Assembly: GCF_006345805.1 (NCBI RefSeq) | Contig: NW_021833273.1 | Span: 13,397 to 77,396 of the forward strand | From: Octopus sinensis | Lineage: Eukaryota | Length of the DNA: 64,000 nucleotides | Direction: 5' to 3' | Part shown: positions 63,266-64,000 of the stretch, piece by piece | How positions within the stretch are numbered: position 1 is the stretch's first letter | How the letters are laid out: every line of letters starts with the position of its first letter | Position numbers and translations under genes: made by a program | The notes under the pieces: model-generated | What the model was told of the DNA's origin: nothing | Database searches by the model: none | The model's input: only the letters and a program-made list of their open reading frames with translations

Positions 63266-63419
63266 CTTCATTAAAAGCAGCAGAAATATCACAAAAACTA
63301 CTACTTAAAGTTTCACGAACCCATTCGTCGGACAGTTTTGTTAGAATGCTCACAAAACTGTCCGACGAACGGGAACGTGAAATATCAGTTTTGTGAAATT
63401 TCTGCTGCTTTTAATAAAG
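63266..63419. repeat. Fold-back of two head-to-head hammerhead-bearing pLTR fragments, 10-nt loop
   Basis: The 31-bp inner stem 63311-63341/63352-63382 has 3 mismatches. The outer stem is CTTCATTAAAAGCAGCAGAAAT / ATTTCTGCTGCTTTTAATAAAG. Confidence 0.88.
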
Positions 63420-63652
63420 TATATATATATAATATATATAATATATAATATATATATATATATATGCATGTGTGTGTGTGTGTGTGCGTGCGTTGTCTGT
63501 GTGCGTGCATGTGCGTGGTGTGTATACAATATTATACGTATATGTATATGTATATATATAAGTTTTATATTATATGCAATGTTATAAATATATTGTATGT
63601 ATTCGCCATGGTAGATCGCTAGCCCTACACATTCTTTATTTGTCTCCTTGTT

Positions 63653-63690
63653 TCTTTCTGTGAAGAGAGTAGGCTCGAAACGTTTAAGGA
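63653..63690 (+). ncRNA. Decayed second copy of the minimal hammerhead-like family at 44117
   Basis: TCTTT-CTG(-)TGA-A-GAGA-GTAG-GCTC-GAAAC-GT-T-TAAGGA. Downstream sequence is also similar to 44160-44240. Confidence 0.45.
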
Positions 63691-63931
63691 CTTTTTCATT
63701 TCCCGAGTGTTAAACTATACATCTGTTTGTTGTCTACACCACCTGTCTTCGTTTTATTTTGTTGTGAATTCTCCCTATATATGTATGTATGCATGTATGT
63801 ATTCAAACACATATATATATAACATATATGTGTATGTATATATATATATTAACTATATACGTTAATCTTTATAGAAATACATATATATATATGGTATAAT
63901 CAATTATTGTTCGTACACACACAAACGCTTT

Positions 63932-64000
63932 TACTCTTTTACTTGTCAGTCATTTGACTACGCCTTTAGTCGACCAAATCGACTCCAGGACACTTATTCT
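63932..64000 (-). mobile_element. SINE family A 3' end, running off the window
   Basis: CAGTCATTTGACT-/-CGCCTTTAGTCGACCAAATCGACTCCAGGAC..TTATTCT. Confidence 0.8.

Overview
AT-rich, microsatellite-saturated, non-coding eukaryotic DNA, either intergenic or deep intronic. No host protein-coding exon, rRNA, true tRNA or CRISPR array could be supported. The tRNA-headed SINE families and the extreme (TA)n/(CA)n/(AAT)n load resemble what I recall of octopus (coleoid cephalopod) genomes; this is an inference, not a search result. Most ORFs in the supplied track are microsatellite artefacts. All real coding potential belongs to transposable elements: (1) one fairly young 5'-truncated CR1-group LINE (1535-4315, -) with a stop-free reverse transcriptase (RT) frame of over 600 aa; (2) four L1/Tx1-like LINE pieces; (3) eight fragments of R4/Dong-like LINEs with a restriction-like endonuclease (RLE); (4) three Penelope-like element (PLE) fragments, two with GIY-YIG domains; (5) five Tc1/mariner relics; (6) one non-autonomous Helitron with both termini and two further Helitron 3' ends; (7) about 20 SINE copies. 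The most notable hidden layer is RNA structure. About ten type I hammerhead ribozyme (HHR) or HHR-like motifs from several families are present. They include two with intact cores in the inverted terminal repeats of one PLE (23945-24058 - and 26109-26222 +), a head-to-head HHR fold-back (63266-63419), and a minimal family with a non-canonical A6 position. Other highlights: a 3' stem-loop shared by the dominant SINE and the CR1 LINE, a covarying stem-loop right after the stop codon in RLE LINEs, an (AAT)n tract hit by three different retroelements, two mariners sharing one TA, several perfect or near-perfect palindromes and fold-backs, and a phased TAATTA cluster that looks like an enhancer. 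All coordinates, alignments and translations were made by eye; boundaries of decayed elements are approximate.
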